Shown here: in pieces, positions 25,857 through 34,087 of the stretch | Layout: each line of letters opens with the position of its first letter | How positions within the stretch are numbered: position 1 is the first letter of the stretch | IMG/VR virus record: IMGVR_UViG_3300030060_003999 | Location: 62,001 to 96,885 of that record | Origin: an uncultured virus (IMG/VR IMGVR_UViG_3300030060_003999) | Taxonomy: Duplodnaviria > Heunggongvirae > Uroviricota > Caudoviricetes | Length of the DNA: 34,885 nucleotides | Reading direction: 5' to 3' (one strand) | Notes under the pieces: generated by a model | What the model saw: the letters and a program-made list of their open reading frames with translations, nothing else | Databases searched by the model: none | What the model was told of the DNA's origin: nothing | Translations under genes and position numbers: made by a program

Positions 25857-27074
25857 ATGGATGAAAACATGAAGAACGAAATAATTAAAGGTGCTGAAGT
25901 TATCGGACTGACGGCTGAAGAAGGAATGGCGAAGTTTGAAGAGATTTGCTCGGAAAACAACATAGAAACAACAAACCCTATTGCTAAGGGTCTTTGGAGA
26001 AACTATGTCGCTAATACACGAAGAACACAAACGAATGACAATAATACAGAAGGAAACAGCGATGATTCTTTTTACAAGTCTGCATTTGGATTCTTTGTAT
26101 CTTTGGATGCTCCAAGAGATATGATGGCATATAACAGAATGAAGGCAAAAGAAGAGTTTATGCGTGATGAAGACAATGCCCTTGAAAAAGGAATTGTTGC
26201 AGTTGCTACACAAAACGCTTTAGGAAAGTGGGTTGTTTCTCGTTATCATAACGGTGAATACAATGAAAAGACCTTAACCACTCTTCCATCAGGAACAGAA
26301 GAAACAGAAGATGGTCGTTTCTATATTCCTTTGGATAACACACCCGTTTATATGAACGGTGGTAAGAACAATAACTACGGAAAACCTCTCCCTGCTGAAC
26401 AAATGCGAAGAAGTGGTATTTTCTATGGTTCATTGGGAACTGGTGAAATGAAGCCTTATTTCTTTTCTTATAAGAATCAAGGCGGAGTAGATTTTGCACC
26501 AAACACTTTTGAATGGTGTCATTTCCTATGTGTTCTGGGTTCAAATGGAACAGATATTTACGGTGCTAAACAATTAACTGTTGATAGTCTTACTATGAAT
26601 GTTGATATGGATAAAGAGAATGACCTCTATCGTGAAATGTCAAACTTTGACTTTGAAGATTGTCTAAGAAACAACTTTGGTAGTCATTTGATTCCTTTGG
26701 TTGAAATGGAAAAGGCTCACATTAATAGACAGGCTTTGCCTTCTAAAGAGCGTTATATCGTTACAGACGGAACAGTTTGTAATATGAACATGACACCGAC
26801 TAAGAATGGTAATCGTATTATCAATCTTACTGATTTAAATGCTGAAATGAACTATGATAACGACGGTATTACTACTTGTTGGATTCCTAATCATTTGAGT
26901 CTTGACTTCGGTATTGGTTCTACTGTTATTGTTGTTGGACGAACAAGCCAAAGAATTACTGATGAAGGTGCTGAACCCGTAACTATTAATGTTACTGGGC
27001 TTTATTGCACAGTTAAGCATGGTTCGGCAGTTGTTGTTGAACAAGCAGTTGAGGAAGACTTTGACTGGTTTTGA
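25857..27074 (+). CDS. Putative OB-fold ssDNA-binding protein (RPA-like)
   Basis: C-terminal OB-like strands (VTDGTV...INLTD...CW...GSTVIVVGRT...INVTGLY) and acidic-aromatic tail EEDFDWF; replisome context. Confidence 0.6.
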   Translation: MDENMKNEIIKGAEVIGLTAEEGMAKFEEICSENNIETTNPIAKGLWRNYVANTRRTQTNDNNTEGNSDDSFYKSAFGFFVSLDAPRDMMAYNRMKAKEEFMRDEDNALEKGIVAVATQNALGKWVVSRYHNGEYNEKTLTTLPSGTEETEDGRFYIPLDNTPVYMNGGKNNNYGKPLPAEQMRRSGIFYGSLGTGEMKPYFFSYKNQGGVDFAPNTFEWCHFLCVLGSNGTDIYGAKQLTVDSLTMNVDMDKENDLYREMSNFDFEDCLRNNFGSHLIPLVEMEKAHINRQALPSKERYIVTDGTVCNMNMTPTKNGNRIINLTDLNAEMNYDNDGITTCWIPNHLSLDFGIGSTVIVVGRTSQRITDEGAEPVTINVTGLYCTVKHGSAVVVEQAVEEDFDWF

Positions 27075-27139
27075 TTGAGTAATCAATCAATGTGTAGCCG
27101 TTGGCGTTAATGACGGTCATATAGGTGCGAAGCCTATAT
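27071..27139 (+). ncRNA. Three tandem hairpins including a GNRA tetraloop and a T-loop-like hairpin
   Basis: TTGATTGA-GTAA-TCAATCAA (27071-27090); GCCGTTG/TGACGGT; ATATAGG-TGCGAAG-CCTATAT (27119-27139). Confidence 0.45.
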
Positions 27140-27158
27140 CCCTTATGGGGGTGAAAAT

Positions 27159-27416
27159 ATGAATGATTTAAAAGGAAATAAATACTTACTAAAAAAGAAT
27201 AGTTATTTAATTGACTTAGAAAAAGTTGATTTTATAACATGGAAAGAGAATGATAATGAAGAAGGAACATACTGGACTAAACTCCATATTGGCTCTAAAG
27301 AAGCCCGTTATGTATGTGAAAACTTATCACAACTAAGAGAATTAGTCATGGCTTGGTGTGAAATTAGAGGACAATATTTGTCCGTAGAAGAAAGTGACTT
27401 AATACAGGAATGGTGA
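27159..27416 (+). CDS. Hypothetical protein
   Basis: GGGGTGA RBS. Confidence 0.75.
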   Translation: MNDLKGNKYLLKKNSYLIDLEKVDFITWKENDNEEGTYWTKLHIGSKEARYVCENLSQLRELVMAWCEIRGQYLSVEESDLIQEW

Positions 27417-27422
27417 ATAACA

Positions 27423-28244
27423 ATGGGATTAACTAGCAATACAGGAAATAAAGCCGTAGCGAATGAAACGACAAACAATCAAAGAGTTTTGTTGTTTCAA
27501 GATAAATTAAAGAAACAAACAAGCGAGAGATTGGCAAGAAATAACCGTCTTATCTGTGGTATTTGGGGAGAACCTAAAACAGTTAAGAGTGGATTAGCAC
27601 TTGATTTCCCTGATAAAAAGATTTATGTTTTAGACTGGGATGATGGTTGCGAACCAACATGGCGACAAAACCATGAAATGACAGATAGAATTACTCTATG
27701 GAATCCAGAAGTTAGAAATGATAATGGAGAATTAGATATTCAAAAGTCCGAAGCAAACTCCGAAGATTTTGTTTTGTTTGTAAAAGAAAGAATTGCACAA
27801 GGAGAAGATATTCTCTTTGTATTTGATGGAATAGATAAATGGTTGGATTGTTGCACACTTCATGTGACTGGCAGTTCAAAGATTGGTAAACCTCAAAAGA
27901 TGAAGTTTGAGTGGGGTAAAAGAAATGCTCCATTCTATTCTCTTTTGATGATGTGTAAGAATTTAAACTGCGACCAAATCTATATTACACATTCAAAGGC
28001 TGATTATGGAGCAACTGGTGAAGTAATTGGTTCTAAACCTAACTGGCATAATTGGGGAGATTATCTCCATCAAATTATTACAACCCGAAGAACACGCAAG
28101 AAGAACGATGTTGTGTATAAAGCAGAACTGTTAAGCAGTAAAACTAATACAGAACTTGTTGGAAAGTCTTGGGAATCTTTAACTGTTGGTGCAGGTAAAG
28201 TTTCTTGGACTGGTATTCCTGAATTGCGTGAGGGATTGATTTGA
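27423..28244 (+). CDS. RecA-fold ATPase (RadA/Sak4-like recombination protein)
   Basis: GIWGEPKTVKS Walker A variant; YVLDWDDG; FVFDGID Walker B; IYITH. Confidence 0.7.
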   Translation: MGLTSNTGNKAVANETTNNQRVLLFQDKLKKQTSERLARNNRLICGIWGEPKTVKSGLALDFPDKKIYVLDWDDGCEPTWRQNHEMTDRITLWNPEVRNDNGELDIQKSEANSEDFVLFVKERIAQGEDILFVFDGIDKWLDCCTLHVTGSSKIGKPQKMKFEWGKRNAPFYSLLMMCKNLNCDQIYITHSKADYGATGEVIGSKPNWHNWGDYLHQIITTRRTRKKNDVVYKAELLSSKTNTELVGKSWESLTVGAGKVSWTGIPELREGLI

Positions 28245-28480
28245 GTATTGATTCTCAAATAGATAATATACCTCCACATTCGGGATTAGGGGAACTTGTA
28301 TTGTCTTCAATGGATAAAGAAGGCTATATTAAAATATATAGACCTTGTTTATACCGTTGGACACAAGAACAAATTGAAGAGTATGAACTTCTTAATGATA
28401 AGAGTTGGTTTGGATGGTGCGTATATGGGGAAAATCCCATATATGGAGTAATGACTTTAATTAAAGGTGAAAGTAAATGA
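28241..28480 (+). CDS. Hypothetical protein (TTG start)
   Basis: Overlaps both neighbours by 4 nt. Confidence 0.6.
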   Translation: MSIDSQIDNIPPHSGLGELVLSSMDKEGYIKIYRPCLYRWTQEQIEEYELLNDKSWFGWCVYGENPIYGVMTLIKGESK

Positions 28481-29244
28481 TATTTACAGTTGAAAGCGAC
28501 AAACTAAGCAAAGCATTAACAAGTATTCAAGTTAAGGGTAAAGGAAGCACAAGCGGTGGTTTTGGAAACACTTCTCTTGGTTCTTATGTAATGCTTATTG
28601 TTAAAGAAAATACATTAAGTATTTGGAATGGAAACAATACTTTCTTTGTCAAACTTGATATTACCTTAACAGGTGAAACAAGTGAAGGAAGTTGTGTTGT
28701 TGATACCACGACTTTACTACCGTATTTGAAAACCTTTGGTGATGAAATAACTCTTAAAGTTGGGGATTTTATTTCACTTAACGGTGAAAACAAGAAAGCC
28801 TCAATACCAATAGTTGTTAATCATCCGAGTAATGATGCGTTAGTAAGGATTAAGAATATGCTAAACCATGTTAGGTATGAAATACAACCACAAACATTAT
28901 TTAATTTTGGTAAATCACAATTTGAAGGAGCATTTACTTTAACACAACCCCAACTGCAATCAGCGATTAAAAGTTGTGAGTTGGTTAAAAACGGTGTATA
29001 TAAGTTTGATTACAATGAAAATCTCTTGACAGTATCTTCAAGAGAAAATGTGACCAATAAATACGAGGAAGTAATTACTCCTGTATTTCCTATGGGAGAA
29101 CCTGCGACTGTTGAGTTCAGCAGTCCTGTTTATGCTTTCTTTGAGAAAGACCAAATGATTAATGTATATATGAAAGATGAATTCCCGCTTTTGCTAGTTT
29201 CTAATGATAGAATGCTATTGAAAGCCCCAACAGTCAATGGGTGA
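28477..29244 (+). CDS. pcn: PCNA-like sliding clamp (divergent)
   Basis: 255 aa; MIFTVESDKLSKAL start; two-domain alpha/beta periodicity; C-terminal EFPLLLV...LLKAP; directly upstream of PolB. Confidence 0.75.
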   Translation: MIFTVESDKLSKALTSIQVKGKGSTSGGFGNTSLGSYVMLIVKENTLSIWNGNNTFFVKLDITLTGETSEGSCVVDTTTLLPYLKTFGDEITLKVGDFISLNGENKKASIPIVVNHPSNDALVRIKNMLNHVRYEIQPQTLFNFGKSQFEGAFTLTQPQLQSAIKSCELVKNGVYKFDYNENLLTVSSRENVTNKYEEVITPVFPMGEPATVEFSSPVYAFFEKDQMINVYMKDEFPLLLVSNDRMLLKAPTVNG

Positions 29245-29250
29245 ATAAAA

Positions 29251-30879
29251 ATGATAATTAACAAGATGAAAGATGGTAAAACTATTTACAAATCATGGAG
29301 AGAAAACAATGAAAAGAAATTTGAATTGGTTGAGTTTCAACCGTATTTCTATGTGGATGAAGAATCCCATGAACCGCCAGCGTATAATGCTTCTAAATAT
29401 ATTACTAGAGAGTTTAGTTATGTTCGTGGTGATTGGGTTAATCTTATTAAAAATCCTCTAAAGAAGGTTCTTGTTGATTCAGCAAATGATATTAGAGAAG
29501 CAAAGAAGATATTCGGCAAAACCTATGAAGCAGATGTTCCTTTACACTTTAGATACTGTGTAGATGAATTAGATGAAATGCCTGAATATAATATGCGTAA
29601 ATGGTATTGGGATATGGAATGGCAACAAGGCGGAGAATATCACGACCAATTGACTACAATTGTTGTTTATGATAACTATGATAAAGAATACTATCAATGG
29701 GCGTGGTTTCCTGATTATGAAGGAGATGAAGAATATCGTTTTGATAATGAAAAAGATATGATAGAGTCTTTTATGACTACAATGATTGTAAAAGACCCAG
29801 ATATGTTAATTGCTTGGTTTGGTAATTTTGCTGATATTCCTAAACTTTTAGAAAGAGCGTGTGCAGTAGGTTTGAATCCCTGCGTTATGTCACCTATTGG
29901 TTATGTTAAAGGTATTAAAAAGACAAAGGAAGGATTTTCTTTTGCTTATGCGGAGAATGGATTTAATCCTATTGAACAACCTATTGGTGGGCGAATTACT
30001 CTTTCTTTAGACCTTGCATTTGAAAGACAATGGAATGACTCTCAAAGAGGAACATTACCATCAATGGCTTTAGATTACATAGGTGAAATGGTTCTCGGTA
30101 AAAAGAAATTAGTGTCGGAAAAGTTTCCTGATACAAATGAATTTTATCGTCGTGCTTGGTTAGAAGATACAGAAACTTATCTTGAGTATGCTCTAAAAGA
30201 TGTTGAATTGATTGTTGAAATAGATGAAACAAACTTTTGTAGTGAGGCTATTCTTTCTTTACAAAGATTACTAAAAGCACCATTTGATGCTTGTTTTTAT
30301 GCAAGTCATATGGGTTCTATTTACTTTATGCGTAATGCTGAGTGGAAAGCACCAACAGGAAGTAAAGTAGATAAAAGAGAAGAATATGAAGGTGCTATGA
30401 TTTATGACCCATTAAGTGAAGGAACAAATGGATTACATCTTAATGTTGCTGCTTTTGATTTTGCAGGTCTATATCCTAGTATGATGATTGCTCGTAATAT
30501 CAGTTGGGAAACAATTAGTGAAGAACCAACAGAATTTGCGGTAAATATTCTAACACCGAGAGATTTCAGCGAAACTACTAGACAACATATGTTATATTTT
30601 AAAACGGATGAACTGGGTTTATTGCCAAGAGCAGTATTGGAACTCAAGGAGTTGCGAAACGAATATAAGCGACTTATGAGAGATGCAAGAGGAACGGGCG
30701 AATATGCAAAGTGGTATAACAATCAAATGGCAGTAAAGCGATTAATGGCTTCTTTTTATGGTATTGTTGCTTTTCAAGGATTTGGTTGGGCTAATGTCAA
30801 TTTAGCCGCATCAATTACTGCAAGTGCAAGAGAAGCAATTAGATTAGCAGCATTTAAGGCAAAGGAGATGGAAGTATGA
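29251..30879 (+). CDS. polB: Family B DNA polymerase, N-terminal part (3'-5' exonuclease plus motifs A and B)
   Basis: YEADVP, WDMEW (ExoI), YALKDV (ExoIII), FDFAGLYPSMM, QMAVKRLMASFYG, ASITASAREAI; stops before motif C. Confidence 0.93.
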   Translation: MIINKMKDGKTIYKSWRENNEKKFELVEFQPYFYVDEESHEPPAYNASKYITREFSYVRGDWVNLIKNPLKKVLVDSANDIREAKKIFGKTYEADVPLHFRYCVDELDEMPEYNMRKWYWDMEWQQGGEYHDQLTTIVVYDNYDKEYYQWAWFPDYEGDEEYRFDNEKDMIESFMTTMIVKDPDMLIAWFGNFADIPKLLERACAVGLNPCVMSPIGYVKGIKKTKEGFSFAYAENGFNPIEQPIGGRITLSLDLAFERQWNDSQRGTLPSMALDYIGEMVLGKKKLVSEKFPDTNEFYRRAWLEDTETYLEYALKDVELIVEIDETNFCSEAILSLQRLLKAPFDACFYASHMGSIYFMRNAEWKAPTGSKVDKREEYEGAMIYDPLSEGTNGLHLNVAAFDFAGLYPSMMIARNISWETISEEPTEFAVNILTPRDFSETTRQHMLYFKTDELGLLPRAVLELKELRNEYKRLMRDARGTGEYAKWYNNQMAVKRLMASFYGIVAFQGFGWANVNLAASITASAREAIRLAAFKAKEMEV

Positions 30880-31007
30880 AATGTATAGTCTGTAAAACAG
30901 AATTAGTTTGTAAGTATTACAAACCGAGAGGATATGGTTATAGTTCTGCAAAAGAAAAAGCAGTATATGAATGTCCTAAATGTGGACACAAGGAGAGATT
31001 TCTATGA
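30876..31007 (+). CDS. Zn-ribbon protein (43 aa, not in ORF track) within the PolB split
   Basis: CIVC...YECPKCGH; ATGA overlaps at both ends. Confidence 0.7.
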   Translation: MKCIVCKTELVCKYYKPRGYGYSSAKEKAVYECPKCGHKERFL

Positions 31008-31219
31008 ATAGTCATGTTAAAAGATGGATTGATTCAATTGTTTCTGAATATCCAGTAGGGCATGAATTTCTTGCTACTACTGTTAGAGAACAGTTAGTTT
31101 TTGAAAGAGGAACTACTTTTGTAGCAGATAATAGCGCAATAGGATGGTATTTGAATCGTAAAGATAATATCATATCTAAAGATATGAATAGAGGAAGAAG
31201 AACATATGTGAGGATTTAA
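31004..31219 (+). CDS. Small winged-helix-like protein within the PolB split
   Basis: AAGGAG RBS before ATG 31004; FLATTVREQL...SAIGWYL...RRTYVRI. Confidence 0.6.
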   Translation: MNSHVKRWIDSIVSEYPVGHEFLATTVREQLVFERGTTFVADNSAIGWYLNRKDNIISKDMNRGRRTYVRI

Positions 31220-31220
31220 A

Positions 31221-31391
31221 ATGAGAACAAAAATAGTAACAGTCAAAGTATCGTATGATACAGAAGAAACATGGGATATAACCATGCAAGAAATAAAAGA
31301 AATATTTCAAATGATGAATAACTTAAAGCGTCATGCTATCATTTTAGAAGTTGAACAAGGTGTTAATCGTGATGATGGACAGAACGAATGA
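31221..31391 (+). CDS. Hypothetical protein (56 aa, not in ORF track) within the PolB split
   Basis: GTGAGGA RBS; MRTKIVTVKVSYDTEETW... Confidence 0.65.
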   Translation: MRTKIVTVKVSYDTEETWDITMQEIKEIFQMMNNLKRHAIILEVEQGVNRDDGQNE

Positions 31392-31500
31392 GTTATTAGA
31401 AGAATTGCTGGCTATGATAGCAAGAAGTAATAAGATATTGATGATGGTAAATATCGTGAACATAGCAACCATTATAACAATAATTACGGTGGTAATATGA
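31372..31500 (+). CDS. Small membrane-anchored protein (42 aa, not in ORF track) within the PolB split
   Basis: ...ILMMVNIVNIATIITIITVVI*; ATGA overlap with next gene. Confidence 0.55.
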   Translation: MMDRTNELLEELLAMIARSNKILMMVNIVNIATIITIITVVI

Positions 31501-31697
31501 AAGAAGAAATTAAAGAATTAAAAAGAGAAATTAAAGCACTTAAGCAAAGAATTAGCGGTTTGGAAAAAGACTTAGATTATCAAGTTGAGCAGAATAGCAC
31601 CAATGGTAAAATGTCAAATGATATAAGAGATTTACAACAAGCAGTTGCCGATTTAGCAAAAGAACCAGTTGGAATGATGTTTGATTACCGAGCGTGA
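31497..31697 (+). CDS. Coiled-coil protein within the PolB split
   Basis: IKELKREIKALKQRISGLEKDL heptads. Confidence 0.7.
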   Translation: MKEEIKELKREIKALKQRISGLEKDLDYQVEQNSTNGKMSNDIRDLQQAVADLAKEPVGMMFDYRA

Positions 31698-31702
31698 ATA
31701 AT

Positions 31703-32596
31703 ATGAAAGTAGTTTATGGACATACCGATTCTATCTATGTGCAAATTGATTCCGTAGAAACTGCTCAAAAAGCGATTAAAGAAATTGAAGCATCAGTAAG
31801 GGAACACTTTCCTAATGTAATGGGATTAGATGAACACCCAGTAGTATTAGAATTTGAAAAGTATTTTTCAGCATTAGGTGTAGGAACAACCAAAAACAGA
31901 AATGCAGGGTTAGTATCTTGGGATGATGGAGAATGGTTAAAAGAACCAAAGTTCACTATGACTGGTTTTACTGCTAAAAGAGTGAGCGAAACTAAACTAG
32001 CCAAAGAAGTTCAAACTAATACTCTTCAAATGTGGGTTCAACAGAAAACTCAAGCAGAAATAAACAAGTATCTTTTTGACACATATCAAAAGGTCTTAAC
32101 TGGACAAATAGATTTAAAATCAATCATTAAAAGAAGCCGACTACGCCCTGCTAGATTCACAGTAAAATGCCCAGAATGTAAAACTAAATATCATCTTAGA
32201 GAATGTTTAGAGTTGAAACATTCTGTTTGTAAAAAATGTTCAACAGAAACAAAGCATTTTACTACTATGGAAGGAAAAAGACCGTCAATTGGTTCAGGAA
32301 TTGCTGGTGTTTTATATGCTTGGCAGGAAAATGACACTAATTTTGATGATTCTTATTTATTTATTAAAGTAATGGGCTTTTGTAATTCATTTATTCATCC
32401 TTTGACTCAAGAAAAGAAAGATGTTGAATACATATCGGGCATAACCAATGAAGATTTCAAAGGTTATACTCCCGATTGGAAGCACTACGCTGAACAAGTA
32501 GTAAAGAAAGCCGAACCTATTTACAAGGCTATGGGTTGGGATATATCGTCTATCCGCACAGGATATACACAACAAAGCCTTGATGAATGGTGGTAA
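31703..32596 (+). CDS. polB: Family B DNA polymerase, C-terminal part (motif C, thumb, Zn-finger insert, PIP box)
   Basis: VVYGHTDSIY, LEFEK, KNRNAG, GFTAKR, CPEC...CKKC insert, YAEQV, QQSLDEWW; alternative GTG start at 31694. Confidence 0.92.
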   Translation: MKVVYGHTDSIYVQIDSVETAQKAIKEIEASVREHFPNVMGLDEHPVVLEFEKYFSALGVGTTKNRNAGLVSWDDGEWLKEPKFTMTGFTAKRVSETKLAKEVQTNTLQMWVQQKTQAEINKYLFDTYQKVLTGQIDLKSIIKRSRLRPARFTVKCPECKTKYHLRECLELKHSVCKKCSTETKHFTTMEGKRPSIGSGIAGVLYAWQENDTNFDDSYLFIKVMGFCNSFIHPLTQEKKDVEYISGITNEDFKGYTPDWKHYAEQVVKKAEPIYKAMGWDISSIRTGYTQQSLDEWW

Positions 32597-32598
32597 AT

Positions 32599-32808
32599 AT
32601 GAATAGAGAAGAATTAGAAAAAAGAAAAGAAGAATTATGGAAAGACTATCAATCAGCACAAGTTGAAGGATATTTTGAAGATTACGATTTTGTGGAATAT
32701 ATGATTTATATGCATGATTTTGTTTCTGATGAATTAAGGTCGGCATCTAAAGAACTTAGAGAATGGGAAATGCGAAATCACCCGCAGTATAGGGGGAATA
32801 AAAGATGA
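32599..32808 (+). CDS. Hypothetical protein
   Basis: GGTGGT RBS; ATGA-coupled to next gene. Confidence 0.7.
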   Translation: MNREELEKRKEELWKDYQSAQVEGYFEDYDFVEYMIYMHDFVSDELRSASKELREWEMRNHPQYRGNKR

Positions 32809-33716
32809 ATACCGAAGATAGATATAATGCAAGAATAGCGTCAATGAGAGAGTTTACTTATGATTGGTCGCCTGAAAATGCAGAAGACCCCTCTAAACCG
32901 ATTCTAAAGATGAGTAAATCTTCTTTAGTCAATTCATTTGGTTGGTGTCCTAAAAAATATGAGTTTGCTTATATTCAAAGATTACCACAAGACCAAACAG
33001 AAGCGATGAGAAAGGGAACTATCCTGCATAATGCGAGAGAAGATTTCTTTAATGAGTTTGATGTCAAGAAAGCCGAATCAATGAACAACTCAGAAGTTCT
33101 TGAATATTGCACTTCACTTCTGCCAGTTGATGAGTATTTTGATATTTCATTAACTGTTGCTGCATTTGAAGCACAACGCTTTATTGAAGCAAGAAGTGAA
33201 GAAAGAGTTGATGAATATTTACCAGTAATTAATGAAAAGATGTTTGACTGTGAAATTACTATTCCTAAGAACGGTAGTAAAAAATATCCACTACAAAGAG
33301 ATTATGTAGTAAGGCTTCAAGGAATCATTGACCGAGTATTTATTGAGAACGGCAAACTTATTCCGTTTGAATACAAAACAGGAGGTTGGAAAGATTCAAA
33401 GGTATCTTCTATGCGACAAGAAATGGCTTTCTATCAATTGATGATTGAAAATGCTCCTGATGAAGTTCTTGAAATGCATGGATTAACCCGTGATATGGAA
33501 GTATCTCATTGGGGTTGGTATTATCCAGCCGCTAATCATATTACGGTTGAACCAGTAAAGAAACGGTCAATGACCGCACTTATGGATAACATGGCTAAAT
33601 TGATTTATACATATGAACAGAATCATTTCCCTGAAAAGTTTTGGAATGATTCCTGTTCTAATTGGTGTTCTTATTATGGCATTTGCCCTGCCGCACAAGA
33701 GGATTCGTGGTTATAA
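32805..33716 (+). CDS. Cas4-like PD-(D/E)xK exonuclease with four-Cys Fe-S cluster motif
   Basis: SKSS...WCPKKY; GTILH; GIIDRV; EYKTG; QEMAFY; CSNWCSYYGIC. Confidence 0.88.
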   Translation: MNTEDRYNARIASMREFTYDWSPENAEDPSKPILKMSKSSLVNSFGWCPKKYEFAYIQRLPQDQTEAMRKGTILHNAREDFFNEFDVKKAESMNNSEVLEYCTSLLPVDEYFDISLTVAAFEAQRFIEARSEERVDEYLPVINEKMFDCEITIPKNGSKKYPLQRDYVVRLQGIIDRVFIENGKLIPFEYKTGGWKDSKVSSMRQEMAFYQLMIENAPDEVLEMHGLTRDMEVSHWGWYYPAANHITVEPVKKRSMTALMDNMAKLIYTYEQNHFPEKFWNDSCSNWCSYYGICPAAQEDSWL

Positions 33717-34087
33717 TGAATGATTTAATTAAAAAGAAAGTATTAGCAAGAAACTGGACATTCAATGAAATATCTAATCTAAAAGAAACAATAGGTTCTC
33801 TTTCTCAAGAGATTTACCTTGAGTTGTCTTTAGCGGAAAGATATGAGTTGATTAGAGATATTAGAATAAATGAAGGTTGGGTTGGTCTTGTTTATGAAGA
33901 TGCTATGAGAGAAGCAATTATGACTACATTACAAGGTGATGTAGCAGGAATTATTAGAAATATGCTAAATACGGCAACAGTAAATTTTGGAGGGAATATC
34001 AATGAAATATCCGAGAATGGTATGGGCGGGGAGTCAAATAAGAAACGCTCCACAAATGCGAAGAAAAAAGATGACGACAAGGAATGA
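33716..34087 (+). CDS. Hypothetical protein (3' end overlaps the primase start)
   Basis: TAATG coupling at 33716. Confidence 0.65.
   Translation: MNDLIKKKVLARNWTFNEISNLKETIGSLSQEIYLELSLAERYELIRDIRINEGWVGLVYEDAMREAIMTTLQGDVAGIIRNMLNTATVNFGGNINEISENGMGGESNKKRSTNAKKKDDDKE

Noticed and set aside
27097..27142. Third tRNA gene
   Set aside because: Only a T-arm-like hairpin; no acceptor stem or cloverleaf can be built.
30868..31711. ATGGAAGTA/ATGAAAGTA near-repeat at the PolB break as target-site duplication, ribosomal hop or splice site
   Set aside because: Only 8/9 nt and AT-rich. Joining at the repeat gives a linker about 2 residues shorter than typical PolB spacing. The gap is far longer than known bypasses, and no intron or intein features are seen.
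32805..33716. Cas4-like gene as evidence of a CRISPR-Cas system
   Set aside because: No repeat-spacer array or other cas genes seen; solo Cas4-like nucleases are common in viral replication modules.
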